16,987 bases of DNA from Anthoceros angustus (Eukaryota; Plantae; Anthocerotophyta). Location: positions 1 through 16,987 of the forward strand of contig VJWM01000407.1 in assembly GCA_010909165.1 (NCBI GenBank), read 5' to 3'. Under the pieces are notes generated by a model. It was not told the DNA's origin. It searched no databases and worked only from the letters and a program-made list of their open reading frames with translations. Both the position numbers and the translations under genes were made by a program. Below, piece by piece: positions 1 through 10,900 of this stretch; within the stretch, counting starts at the first letter, position 1, and every line of letters begins with the position of its first letter.

Positions 1-1194
1 ATGATCACGTCGCGGGAAACCGTCGTTGTCGAAATCCTGCACCAACGGCGACCAGCTCCAGTCGGTCGACGATAGCCCCACCATAGAAACCGATATCGCT
101 GAACACCGGATCGCCAATGCTGTCGTTGGCACCGAGCCGCGGGCCGCGGTTCAGTTGCAGGTGTTGCGCACATACTGGTACTGGTAGCCAAAAGATCATT
201 GTTCTGGTAGTTGCGGTAATTGTACCCCGACATCAGCACTTTTGCGGTAGTTGTCGGCTGGGTCCATATCCATTTCGATCAGGTCGGCGAGTCCGTCGTT
301 GTTGATGTCGATGATGTCGCTGCCCATGCCATTGGCCGAAGTGTGTTTGAAATAGCTGGCTGATTTGTCGGTGAACGTGCCGTTTTGGTTGTTGATGTAC
401 AAAATGTCGTTCGACAAAAGTCGTTGGCAACAAAATGTCTTTCCACCCATCGAGGTTTACATCGGCAATGCAGGCTGTGCCCGTATCCCTCTATGGTGAT
501 GCCCGCAGCTTTGGATACATTGGTGAAGAAGGCATGACCAGCGAATCGTTCTTGTCGTTGCGGTAGAGCCGGCCTGTGCCAGCTGCCGTCGGTGATGCGT
601 TTCCGGTAAACGGACGGGTTTTCATTTCGATGATTTCATTTACGGTGAGGTATACGTCGGGTCGCCGTCGTTGTCGAAATCGAAAAGGAAGCCATGGTGG
701 TATGGCTGTCGTCATCGAGCCATAGTCAGCTGCCATTTCTTTGAATACAGGAATGCCATCGGCATTTTCCCTAGTTCACATACAACAGGTTTTTCCTTTT
801 TCCGGGTCGGCATGTATGGTGGCACAAACATACAGGTCTTGCCAGCCATCGTTATTGATGTCGACCACCGCCACGCCGCGGCACCATTTTCCGCCGCCAT
901 CCACACCGGCCATGGCGGTTACATTGTTGCAGTTTGCCCTGGTTAAGGTAAGCTGGCCGGCCACCTGGTTGCCGGCGAAATAGATGTCGGTAGCCCGTCG
1001 TTATTGAAATCGGCCACCCCACCCCGCTCCATTGTACATGTTGGTGACATCAAACGGGTTTATGCTGTCGTTTTCGATGATCTGGTTGCTGAATTCGATG
1101 TGTGATTTGCCGGAGGTACCAGCTCAAAAAGTCCTGGGCGGCATCCCATGGCCAGGCACACCAAAAAAAACAACGCAATTCAGGTGAATTTCAT
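1..1194 (-). CDS. FG-GAP/VCBS-repeat protein (ASPIC/UnbV, CRTAC1-like), N-terminal part; frameshifted and runs off the window
   Basis: Joined frames give repeated Ca-binding FG-GAP motifs: GVAVVDINNDGWQDLYV, GMGSDIIDINNDGLADLIEMDM, LYINNQNGTFTD. The N-terminus reads ...HIEFSNQIIENDSINPF...MYNGAGV, typical of this Bacteroidota family. Probable ATG at 1192-1194. Confidence 0.85.
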
Positions 1195-1223
1195 CCAGTG
1201 AAGTCTGAAAGGAAGCAATTGCT

Positions 1224-1254
1224 CAAATGTATTAAAAGATGAGTATAGGTCAAT
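1224..1254 (-). promoter_or_regulatory. Bacteroidota sigma-A-type promoter for the FG-GAP gene
   Basis: The minus strand reads ATTG-N19-TACATTTG. The -7 box (1224-1231) matches TAnnTTTG and the -33 box has one mismatch to TTTG. Confidence 0.55.
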
Positions 1255-1268
1255 GAAAATAAATGGTA

Positions 1269-1276
1269 TAGATTTG
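1269..1276 (+). promoter_or_regulatory. Possible -7 promoter box for the lipoprotein gene (divergent promoter)
   Basis: TAGATTTG matches TAnnTTTG, about 30 nt before the ATG at 1305. No clear -33 box. Confidence 0.4.
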
Positions 1277-1304
1277 GTTGCTTTTATATAAAAATTATAC
1301 GATC

Positions 1305-1684
1305 ATGAAGAAATTACTTGTATTTCTTGCTTTTGCCGGTGGACTCACCGCTTGTAACAATGCCGCTGAAAAGACGCCGCTGCAACCGACACGGCGACCA
1401 CGCTGCGCCTGCACCAGACACTACCGCTGCTGTAGTTGCTCCAGCCCCAGCGGTGAAAGACAGCGTATGCAATTCAAAGATGGCAAAGTACAGATCATTG
1501 TCGGGGTACCTGGTCGCCGCTCACCGCAGCAGTTACCACCAGCAATGGCCGCAAAGTGAGCCCCAATGGAGAAGTTTCCAAAGGAAGCAAAACCCTGCAA
1601 ACTGAAGAAGGCATGATGATCGACAAAGATGGTCAGCTGATGGATAAAGACGGTAAACCGCTGGACAATACCGGTTGGGAATAA
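1305..1684 (+). CDS. Small lipoprotein with Ala/Pro linker and DUF6799-like C-terminal domain (frameshifted)
   Basis: Signal peptide II with lipobox MKKLLVFLAFAGGLTA-C, then an APAPDTTAAVVAPAPAVKDS linker, then MQFKDGKVQII...VTTSNGRKVSPNGEVSKG...EGMMIDKDGQLMDKDGKPLDNTGWE* (TAA 1682-1684). The DUF6799 call is from recalled motif similarity. Confidence 0.7.
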
Positions 1685-1699
1685 AATTTTTCTGTCAAT

Positions 1700-2900
1700 G
1701 TTCGACAGCCGGGTTATCCAACTTTTTATGGGTTGACGCCCTGGAATTTTCCAGGAATGCCAGAACTCATTGTAGGCCTGTGCCGGGCAGTTGCCGGCCT
1801 TTCAATGGACCGGCTATACAAAGGCCATCCATGGTCCAGGTCGATTGCGTATCGAGGTCGGTCAGTTGGTTGCCCGTGGTTTCTGTTTTGAACTGCAGCA
1901 CAGCTCCGTTAATGCGACGGTCGTATACGTGGAAGGAGGTGGTATCTGTTTCCATGGCCACCAGTATCAGCAGGGTTTGAGGTTGTCCTGGATCACCCGT
2001 TTCTGCACCACTTCATTCCAGTCGTAGGCCTTGGCTGTTTCTGCATGCTTTACGCCAATGACCCATGATTTGTCCTTCCACGACTGATGGTCGCGTTTCA
2101 CCAGTTCGCTTTGCATCCTGCCGCGGTCGTAGTCTTCCAGCCGGAAATACCTTTCGTCATACAGGGGATCAGGTGCCAGCACCATGCCATCAGGTTGCTG
2201 GCGCAGCCAACTATCGATGGTGAGTTGTTGCGAAGCAATTTCGGTCAGCCGCATGCCTTTGCGTGGGCCTGCGATGGCTTCTCCGGTGCTTGCTGCCACC
2301 AGGAATGCGTGGTTTCGTCTTCAAAACAGCGCGTTGAAATGGTCCATACCCACCAGGGTAAATTTCTCGTTGTGGCCATTGATTTCGGTACTGACCCGGC
2401 CGGTTCTGCATACGGTGCAATAAGTGACGATGACCGGCTGACTACCGAACCGGTCCATCACCTGGTGATGGTAACCGATGAAGCTGGATGGGATAGGCTT
2501 TCGATTCGCCGTTCAGGGTAACGGCGATGACCAGTTTCGATTTGTCTTCACTGGCGGCGGCGGCGAAAGCTGTTACCGAAGGCTGGTGAAAAATGGATTC
2601 GGCATTGAACCTGAAATTGAACAGGTAAGCGACAGGCAGGTAAATGAGGATGGCCAATAGCAGCGCGATGCGTTCCCAACGAAGGCCTTTCTGGAAAACC
2701 CTGATCAGCGCAAAGCCGGTTATAATGGCGGCTGCCAGGCGAATGGAATGAATGTTTCGGCTGATCCAGTAAGCGAAGTCAATCGTATCGGTCTGCTGGC
2801 TGCCCGGGAAAGGCATCACGAGTAAGTAAACACGAATGATTTCAGCAAAGAATAAAAGAAGGATGCAAATGACCAGCGCGCGGTAGAAGGCGGGTATCTT
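1700..2900 (-). CDS. DUF3179 domain protein with N-terminal membrane anchor (frameshifted; ends approximate)
   Basis: About 3 TM segments, then KLVIAVTLNGESKAYPIQL..GYHHQV...VIVTYCTVCRTG...VGMDHFNA..EDETTHSWWQQ.TGEAIAGPRKG, a second repeat WVIGVKHAETAKAYDW...TDLDTQSTWTMDGLCIAGPLKGRQL, and a C-terminal EFWHSW. Confidence 0.85.
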
Positions 2901-3042
2901 TTGCCGAATGACAGGCGAACATTCGGATCCAGGAAGTATGGCAACAGCTAGTTGTTTCACAATCGTTTTGGAGCAATGGCAACAGAAAGATAAGCTGATT
3001 TCTGGAAAAAGAATAATGTGTACCAAATACATAAAATAAAAA

Positions 3043-5365
3043 TTATTCTGCTTTCAGGAACCTGAGTTTGCCGTGGCGGTTCGCAAACACTGCAGGGCGA
3101 CCAGCAACAGCGAAACCGCCGCCACCAGCAATGGCCCCAGGTACGACCAGGCACTTTGGTCTGCACGGTAAGCAAATTGCTGTAAGATGCTTTCATTCAC
3201 CACATAAGCCAGCGGCCAGGCAATGGCATTCGACAACAGCAGCAAACCCGCATTCTTTCCAGAACAACAGGATGATATTCCTGCTGTTCGCTCCCAAAAC
3301 TTTCCGCACCGCAATCTCTCTCTCCGTTTCTTTTGCAACATGAAGGCGACCACGCCTACAATGCCCAACAACACAATCACAGGTTCAGTACTGTGGCCAG
3401 CTTTGACGCATTTTGCATTTGCAGTTCCGATTTGTATAGCGCCGCAAATTTTTCATCCATAAAACTGTAGTGGAAAGGGTATTGGGCGACATGGTTCAGG
3501 TGTCTTTACCTGTTCAGGTGACGTGGGCCCGGCAGCCAGTTTCAACAGGAAACGGTAAATATTCCCGTTGGCGACATGTACAAATCCTATAGGTGCAATC
3601 TGGTTTTGCATGCTGGAATAATGATAATCTTTGACGACACCACGAACCACCACACGCCATCATCACCAGCCAGGGTTTTGATGGTTTTACCGACAATGTC
3701 TTCGCTGGTTTCGCCGAGTTGTTTGACCGCCGCCTCATTCAGGACTACTCCGTAATGACCCTGTTGAAAGAAATTGCCTTTAACGACCGACAAACCTGTG
3801 GTTTTGCATAATCTTCATCGGCAACGAGCGAGGGAGGTAACCTGGCCATCGGCCTGGCTCTTCAGCGCCAGGACTTCCCATTGCCGAAAGGAACCTGGTC
3901 AGGCATCAAACGTGATGCTGGCTGCACGTACTCCCGACAGCTCTGTTCCATCTGGTGTTTGATCGCACTCCATCTTCGACCGGTACCAGCTCCACTGTTT
4001 GGGTAATGCCGTCACCACCAGCAATTGTTCTTTATCATATCCCAAATCTTTGTGGAACAGGTAACTGACCTGGCGGGTAATGGTCAATGCGCAGATGAAC
4101 ACAAAAGTGCGAGAGAACTGCACCGTCAGGACAACCGCCACAGGCAACGCGCGCAAGTATCCAGTTTCCGCTAACAGCATGCAGCGGGTTGGCCTTGCTG
4201 AGTACCAGTGCCGGGTAGAACCCGGCGACAAGCAATCATGCAACAGGAACAGGTAAAACCATTGTTGCCCGGTCAACGCCGATGTTCGGGAAAACCGTGT
4301 TGAGCACGGCACCGAAAAAAAAAAAGGCCTGGTACAAGCCAGTGCCACCAGCGACGCGATCAAAGTCAGCACCAGCGACTCTGCAAGGAACTGTTGAACG
4401 ATTCGCCACCGACTGCCGAAGGTTTTAAGGGCGATTTCTTTTAGCCTGGAACCGGAACTGCCGATGCTGATGTTGACAAAATTGATCACCACCATCAGCA
4501 AAACAACAAAACAGCAGTCATTACCAGGATATAAGTCAATTTGGCGAGTGCATGGTTATTGTTGTCCAGGTAGCTGATCAGCGGGAAGGATTGGCGGAAA
4601 GGTTTTCCAGATGAAGTCAGGCGAATTTTGTGCAGCAACCCATCGATCGCTACCTGCAGATCTTTCGCCGTTTTCCGGGCTGCAGTTGTACAAAACCAGT
4701 ACATCCAAAGCTTTCCAGAATCGGAAAAGTCGCCACTGCCAAAATACTGGTTGCCGGCGAAGGGAGAAAACGGAGTACCGTCCTCCAATCACCCTGATCA
4801 CCGAATTTTCCAGCAGATCGGCCACACCGACACCTGGAAATCCTGCTTTACACCTGCACGCGTGGTTTGCACGCGGATGGTTTTACCCAGGCCGGTTGCT
4901 GATCAAACAGTTTGCGGGCCAGGCTTTCCGTAATGACTGCCGAACCGTTGGGGAAAGCGTGTTGCGCATCACCTTCCTTCAATGGGAATCCGTACATGCT
5001 CACCAGTGTGGTGTCGCCAATGGAAATGTCTTCCTGGAAAAGCGATCGCCGGCCGATACCACATTAGCCACGGGATTATAGCGATAGTAATTGGCGACGG
5101 TACCGGGATATTCCTGCTGCAGGCCCCAGGCCGGGTTATTGATCACGGTGATATCGGCACCCATATCCTGTTTGCGCCATTTTGTTTTGAGCAGGTATTG
5201 CCTGTCGGCCTGGTGAAGGCTTTTGTTGACCGACAATTGCTGTTGTACGTATACCGCCGTGAAAAGGCAGAAGCTGATGCCCAGGAAAGGCAAACGACGT
5301 TGATGGCAGCATAAAGCGGTTCTTGTAAAATTGCGGAAGGCAATCTGCAACAGGTGTTTGAGCAT
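3043..5365 (-). CDS. MacB/FtsX-family ABC transporter permease (two-repeat Bacteroidota type; heavily frameshifted)
   Basis: Starts MLKHLLQIAFRNF and includes INFVNISIGSSGSRLKEI, QQFLAESL, AGFYPALVLS, KDLGYDKEQLL, VVLNEAAVKQLG, GVVKDYHYSSM and IAWPLAY. The C-terminus ends near TANP..LKAE* (TAA 3043-3045). Confidence 0.88.
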
Positions 5366-5396
5366 ACCTGAATATCCGAAAAAATCAGCTTTTTCC

Positions 5397-6230
5397 GTTA
5401 CGGTTTTGGGCTTTCTTTTCTCCAGCATGTTCCACACCAGGCCGCTCATCACCAGCAGCGAGGCGGCGATTTTCCAGCCGGGAAGGTCTTCTCCCAAAAG
5501 AACTGACCAGGAAACCGGTAACCGGAACCAGCAGGGTGAATGGTACCACGGCAGAGGTGGCATAGTGTTTCAGAAACCCCAGGCACCATAACCGAAAGGG
5601 TGGAGCAATACACGATGTAACCGATGGCCAGCACCGTTGTCAGGTCATGTGTCGGATCGACTCAACGATCAACTGCAGTCCTTCCAGCAAAGTGATACCA
5701 CTACCATGAAAGGCATTGCCAGGTTTCCCAGCAACGAGGGCCAGCGGCGAATCGGCCGCCACTTTTCGTGAACAGGTTGCCCGCAGCCACGATAGTGCAC
5801 CAGCAGGGTCAGTGCCAGTGCGAGGAAGAGCTGTTGCCGCTGCATGGCCGGCAACGATGCCTATGCCGGAAGAAATGAGCGATCCGGCGATTTTCCACCA
5901 GCCGGGCCTTTCGTTCAGGAAAATAAATGCCAGCGCCATGGAAAGAATACCTGCACCTGTAACACCAGTGAGGCAAGTCCGGCGAAAGCCCCAGGTGTAT
6001 GCCGGTAAAAGAAACTCGAACTGCAAGGCAAAATTAAACAGCCCAAACCCAGGATGTATGGAAAGGGGCTTTTGGCGGGGCAGGAAAAATACCCGAAATG
6101 CTCCCAACCCAGAAACGCAGTACGCGCACAACAGGAAGGGCGGAAAACCTTTCAATCCCCAATGCCCACAAATTCAATCCCCAGATCAGCACTCAAAGTT
6201 GCCAGCAGGGTATGTTTACGCTGAGTTGAT
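5397..6230 (-). CDS. EamA/DMT-family exporter (EamA/YdeD-like; frameshifted)
   Basis: RKHTLLA...LIWGLN...GLKGFPPFLL, LFNFALQF, LAFIFLNERPGWWKIAG, LAIGYIVYCSTL and VLLGEDLPGWKIAASLLVMSGL. Two-repeat hydrophobic pattern. Confidence 0.82.
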
Positions 6231-6240
6231 TCGAGTTGCT

Positions 6241-6248
6241 CAAAAATA
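6241..6248 (-). promoter_or_regulatory. Possible -7 promoter box upstream of EamA
   Basis: Minus-strand TATTTTTG lies between the transglutaminase stop and the EamA start. No convincing -33 box. Confidence 0.3.
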
Positions 6249-6260
6249 AAGGCGCCGGGA

Positions 6261-7094
6261 TTACTGATAAGACAAGCCGTTTTGCCATTTGGCATTGGTA
6301 CTGTACAAGGCTCAAAATCAGGGTCTTTGCTGTCGCAATTTACGATCATTGAGGTACATGTGGCATTGCCGAAGATGCTGGCCACCGACGCATCGGCGGC
6401 ATCCCGCCGTTGGCGATCTTTACAAACCATTGATGGGTACCAGTTTGGTCGGGTCAAAAGAACATCCATTCGCCCCGATATAGGCTTCGAAACAGGCGTG
6501 AAAATCAGGTGGTTGCAGGTTATAAACTTAACCGGTGAAGTACCTCGCGGGGATCGACAGCGCCGGCGCAGAGGGCAAGGTGGGCAAAATCGCGGCATAC
6601 CTACTCTTTCCGTAAGCGTATCAAATGCCGAGTGCTGAATTGGTAGCCCGGAAATGTATTCCACGTTGTCGTAAATCCATTCTGAAATGGCGGCCACTTT
6701 GCCGTAAGCCGTTTCAATATGCCCAAATTCCTTGCTGGCCAATTTCTGCAGTTTATCCGACTGGCAGTACCGGCTCAGGAACAGGTAAGGCATCACTTCT
6801 GCCTCCAGTTTGCCGACAGGCACAGGCCAGCCGTTGCTGGTGAATGGTATTGTAATCAATATCAACGGTGGCATCGTAACGCAACAGCAGGTGGCTGTCG
6901 GCTTTGGCCATTACACGGAGAAAACGCGACTGGCCATCGGCGCCAAAAATTTCTTCGGTGGCGAGATCAGGGTTGATGACCAGTTTTTCCTGCAATAGCT
7001 GCTGGCTGGGGTACGCATGCATGGCCACGCTGAAAATAAAAGTGGTGGGTGCATTCACCTGGTATTCGAGTTCGCTGAAGATCTGAAACTGCAT
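6261..7094 (-). CDS. Transglutaminase-like (papain-fold) cysteine enzyme, cytosolic, Anbu-operon type (frameshifted)
   Basis: MQFQIFSELEYQVNAPTTFIFSV...YLFLSRYCQSDKL...ISEWIYDNVEY..SAFDTLTERVG(V)CRDFAH (Cys codon 6595-6597)...PDFHACFEAYIG..W.FFDPT...RDAADASVASIFG. A Cys-His-Asp triad is present and there is no signal peptide. Stop TAA at 6261-6263. Confidence 0.88.
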
Positions 7095-7096
7095 GA

Positions 7097-7797
7097 TCAA
7101 TTGGCTTTGTTGTAAACATTTTATCCATCCAGGCTTCTGGCATGTCTTTGATATAATCTTTAAGTTTTCGTTCCATTCGATGGAAATGGGGCCGAGTTCC
7201 TGCTGTTCGTACCTGTTCTCGACGATGTGAAAACTGTTTTTTCGTAACTGACCAGGTCGATCAGAATTCCACATCGTTCGAACTGACACGTACCGAATCG
7301 AAAGAGAGAAATCCGGCTTTGAGGGCCTGTCGCAACGGGTATCAGGGCGAATAACCCGGTTGAGTATGCCTTTGCCTGGCCGGGCCGATGATGGCAAAGG
7401 GACTGCCCTCATCCAGCTCCACCCAGTTGCCTTCGGAATAGAGCAGGAACAGTTTTGTGTTCTTCGTCGCCCATTTGTCCGCCGACGATGGCATTCAGGT
7501 TAGTTATACCTTTGCAGCGCCTGGCGGTCTTCTGCTGCCACCCGCTGGATTTGTTCGCCGAATGCGTTTACGGCTTTGTACAGCTTGTCGTACACCATGC
7601 CGCCGTCGATCAGTTCCTGGAAATAGTGAACGGCTTTATCGCGCACCGATCTCAGCCCGCTCGTCATGATGAACAGGCTGGCCTGCGGCTGTTCCAGTAC
7701 CAGTACTTTCTTTTGTGGTACTGGTGCCGGCTGAAATACGGGTATCGGCTGTACCAACCAGTCCTTGCTTCACCTTGATGCCCAAACAATAGGTCAT
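7097..7797 (-). CDS. anbu: Anbu-type proteasome beta-subunit-like Ntn threonine protease (frameshifted)
   Basis: The N-terminus MTYCLGIKVKQGLVGTADTRISAG has Thr1 directly after Met and the DTR motif. It continues K..LFIMTSGLRSVRDKA, NAIVGGQM, LLYSEGNWVE, PFAIIG..GKGILNR, GFLSFDS..VSSNDVEF. These correspond to Anbu motifs (MTYC, SDSRT, IYPQGNFI, QIGE.KYGKPILDR). Confidence 0.88.
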
Positions 7798-7848
7798 AGC
7801 CGGGGCGAATGCAAATGATTCCCGGCCAAGAGGCGCCGGGTTGAAGCG

Positions 7849-7863
7849 CCGGCAATTTGCCGG
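7849..7863. repeat. Short perfect inverted repeat between the large transglutaminase gene and Anbu
   Basis: CCGGCAA-T-TTGCCGG (7-bp arms). No U-tract follows on the minus strand, so the function is unclear. Confidence 0.3.
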
Positions 7864-7901
7864 GCAAGTAAAAATCAACAGCCCGACCCAGGTTCACCCC
7901 A

Positions 7902-10900
7902 TCAGCAAATGCGATACTTCGACTCCACTTTTACGATTTTATTCAGGAATTCCTTGAAGCCGGCATAGTCAGCCGCACCAATGTCTTCCTTATCAAGTAT
8001 AGCGGTTCTTTTCACCTGCAATTGGGTATCACCGGTAGGGATGAACTCGATCTTGTATACACTTTTACCGAACTGGAAGGTTTCCGACTTAGGCACTTCC
8101 ACCAGCTTCTTGCCCGCGGGAAGGTGGAAGGTAATATCGGTATCGTAAGTGTCGGCGTCTTCGTAGCGCCAGTATTCAAGCGGAAGGAACGCTTGTCTTT
8201 GGAGAAATTGTCGAGCGTAGCGACCATGTCTCAAAAGGAATTCGGATCATATTCTCTCCCACTTCTATCAGTTCATTCTTTACCACGAATGAATAGAATA
8301 CGCCACGCCAGAATCGGCGGTGGTTTCAGCCCCTTGAAATTGACTTTCGACACCGTCAGCGGATTTTTAAAGCTGCCGCTGATATTGTCCTGCAATTTTT
8401 CGATCTGTTTTTCTTCGCTCAGGTTTTTATAAGTACTGCGCAGGCTGCTGCTGAGCGGCGGCGGTACGAATAATGTCTACATTCATTTTGATATCAGGCA
8501 CCGTCAAAGTTCACCACACTCTTACGGAATACGCGATCGGCGGGTTTGGTGGCAGCGAGGATGGGTTGCAACTGTCCGGCTGCTTTTTCCACCTGGTAGG
8601 TCAGGATGATGAGCGACATGGAGCCGGGAATATTGTACGGCAGACTGGTGAATGGCAACTCGTTATCGGTCAGTTCAGTAGTACTTTTACCGTCTACGGT
8701 CAGCAAAACGATACAATGGTTGAATTCGAGGCTGGGCAGGTCATTTCCGCAGGCCATTGTCTTTGGTATCGAGCAGCACCAGGTTGGCTTTCAGTCCGGC
8801 CATGCCGGCGAGCGACCTGAACAGCGTAGACAGGTCCTTGCAATCGCCGAGGCGGGTGTTCAGGGTAACCGACGCGCCGCTGCGGATGTAGGCACCCTGG
8901 CGGAAGGAGATGTGGCTGTAACGGATGTGCTGCTGGATATAGTTATAGATCTTTTCGGCTTTTTCATGTCGGTCATTTTGCCGGCATTGGCGAAAAACGA
9001 ATCATATACTTCCTTCAGTTCATATTCATCATCGATCGGGAAATGGCTGATGTCGCTGTACCAGTCGACGATTTTGTCCCGACGATACAGTCGAAATGTG
9101 CAAAGTGGGCGAAACGTCGGCCAGGCTGGGCATGTATGGCTCGTCTTCCACCGGGCTGATGTTGTTCACCTGCCAGGTGTAGAGTTTAAATTCCTCCACG
9201 TCTTTGATGGTGGGTTTCAGCGTGGAATTGGTCATCTCGTATTTGACAGGTAGTGATTTGTCGATCAGCAGGCTGTAACGCAAGATATCTGCCGGTTGGA
9301 AAGAGCTCATCAGGAAGCGGTCCCAGTAATCAGCGGCGAGTCGGCCGGAGGTGTAGTTCTGCAGACGATAACGGATATAGATGGCGTCACCCACCTCAAG
9401 CGAGGTAAAACAATTTCTGACCCGTTTTCTCGGCCTGGGCCTTGGTACCGTTTTTCTTTACCACTTCTGCTTTTCGATCAGCAGGTTCTGGGTGTGTTCT
9501 CGTTGTAGGAAATATAACTTTCCTTCCATTTGTCGATGCCCTGTTCGGTATTGATCTTGATCACATAGCTGATGTACTCTTCCTCCTCCTTCACCGTAAG
9601 CGATCACCTGTTTTCATCGAGCAGCCAGAGAAGCCATAGTTTTTAGAGACTTCCCTGTTGGCGGCCTTCTTGATCAGTTCGTATACATCGGTTTCGGGCA
9701 ACTGTTTATAGAGGTCTTTCTTTTCGCCAGTTCGCGCAGTTTCTTGCGGGTGTATTTGTTGGGATTGTAAACCAGCGATTTTTGTAGGCAGGAACAGCGA
9801 TATCGAGCTGTCCATCCTGTTCGGCGATGATGGCTTTGTTGGACCAGGTGGGATCGAACGGGGCTATGGTCAACACCGTATCGCAGTATTTGGTAGCCGA
9901 TTTGTAATCCTGTTGCTGGAAATAGTAACGGGCAAGATCGGTGTACAGCTCGGTATCGTAGGGGAACATGGTAATGAGGCGCTGCCAGCAGGCAAGGCCT
10001 TTTCCTTTTACCCTGCTCGATGTATTCCTGTCCCAGTTGTTTTACCACAGCGTAATTGAAATTGGACTCGAGGTATTTTTCATACACCGCCAGGGCCTTG
10101 TCGATGTCTTTATAAGCATTTTCTGCAGGTGAACATCATTTCCACAAAGGGCAGGTAGTTCGTATTTGTCATAGCATTCCTGGGCCAGTTTTTGGCTTCG
10201 TCGTACGTGCGTTTGGTAAGAATTTTCAGTTTGATTTCGAGCAGTTCCGTGTCTTCGCGGTACGATTTCACCATTTCATTGTAGAGCTCACGGCCTCCTC
10301 ATTTCTCGTCTTCCAGCAACTGGCGTACGCGCAATTGCAGGGCGATATAGCAGTTGGGGTCGTTTTCCTTCAGCCATTCCACTTCTTGTGACAGCAGGGT
10401 ACTGCTGTTGGCCTTCAGACTTTGGGCATGAGTTCGTAACGCAGCAGGCTGTTGTTGGGGAACTTGCGGAGAATGGTTTCGATATTTTGCGGGCATCAAA
10501 GCTTCTTTCGTTGCGGAGCAATACCGTCAGCAAGATGTAGTTGATCGGGTTGGCAGGCTGCGCCTTGATTTTGGCTTCGAAATACGTTTCGGCAAAATGT
10601 CTGATTTCGGCGAGCGGTGTGTTGGCGGGAGCCTTGGTGTACGCTGTGTGGCCGATGAAATGGTCAGGCCTGGCGAAGGATTGCCATTGTCATCGGTACA
10701 ACGGATGATAAAATTGGTGGCATTGCTGCCGGTAAACCCGAGCTGCACCAGGATGCGGTTGTAGCCTTTATTCAGTTTGCATTTGGAGCGGTAGTAGTCG
10801 AGCTCGGTGGTCTGTTCTTTGGATTCAGACAGCATCAGGGCATCGTTCACCCACACTTTGAGTGATCCGCCGCCGCCGGCGTTGAGCATAACTTCGCGGT

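Noticed and set aside
1741-1754. Inverted repeat CTGGAA-TT-TTCCAG as a terminator between convergent genes
   Set aside because: It is short, lies within the DUF3179 C-terminal coding sequence, and has no U-tract.
2400-2425. Selenocysteine in the DUF3179 CxxC motif
   Set aside because: Both positions are TGC (Cys), with no in-frame TGA at the motif.
5000-5563. Apparent EamA-ABC permease fusion ORF
   Set aside because: Most likely an indel removed the EamA stop. The permease has its own typical start (MLKHLLQIAFRN) at 5365.
6152-7412. ORFs reading through Anbu into the transglutaminase and the transglutaminase into EamA
   Set aside because: These read-throughs arise in shifted frames of an error-rich read. 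Each gene has its own plausible start and family-typical length.
5716-9508. Long plus-strand ORFs (e.g. 5716-6249, 8022-8432, 8606-9253)
   Set aside because: These are antisense shadows of well-supported minus-strand genes, with no recognisable motifs.
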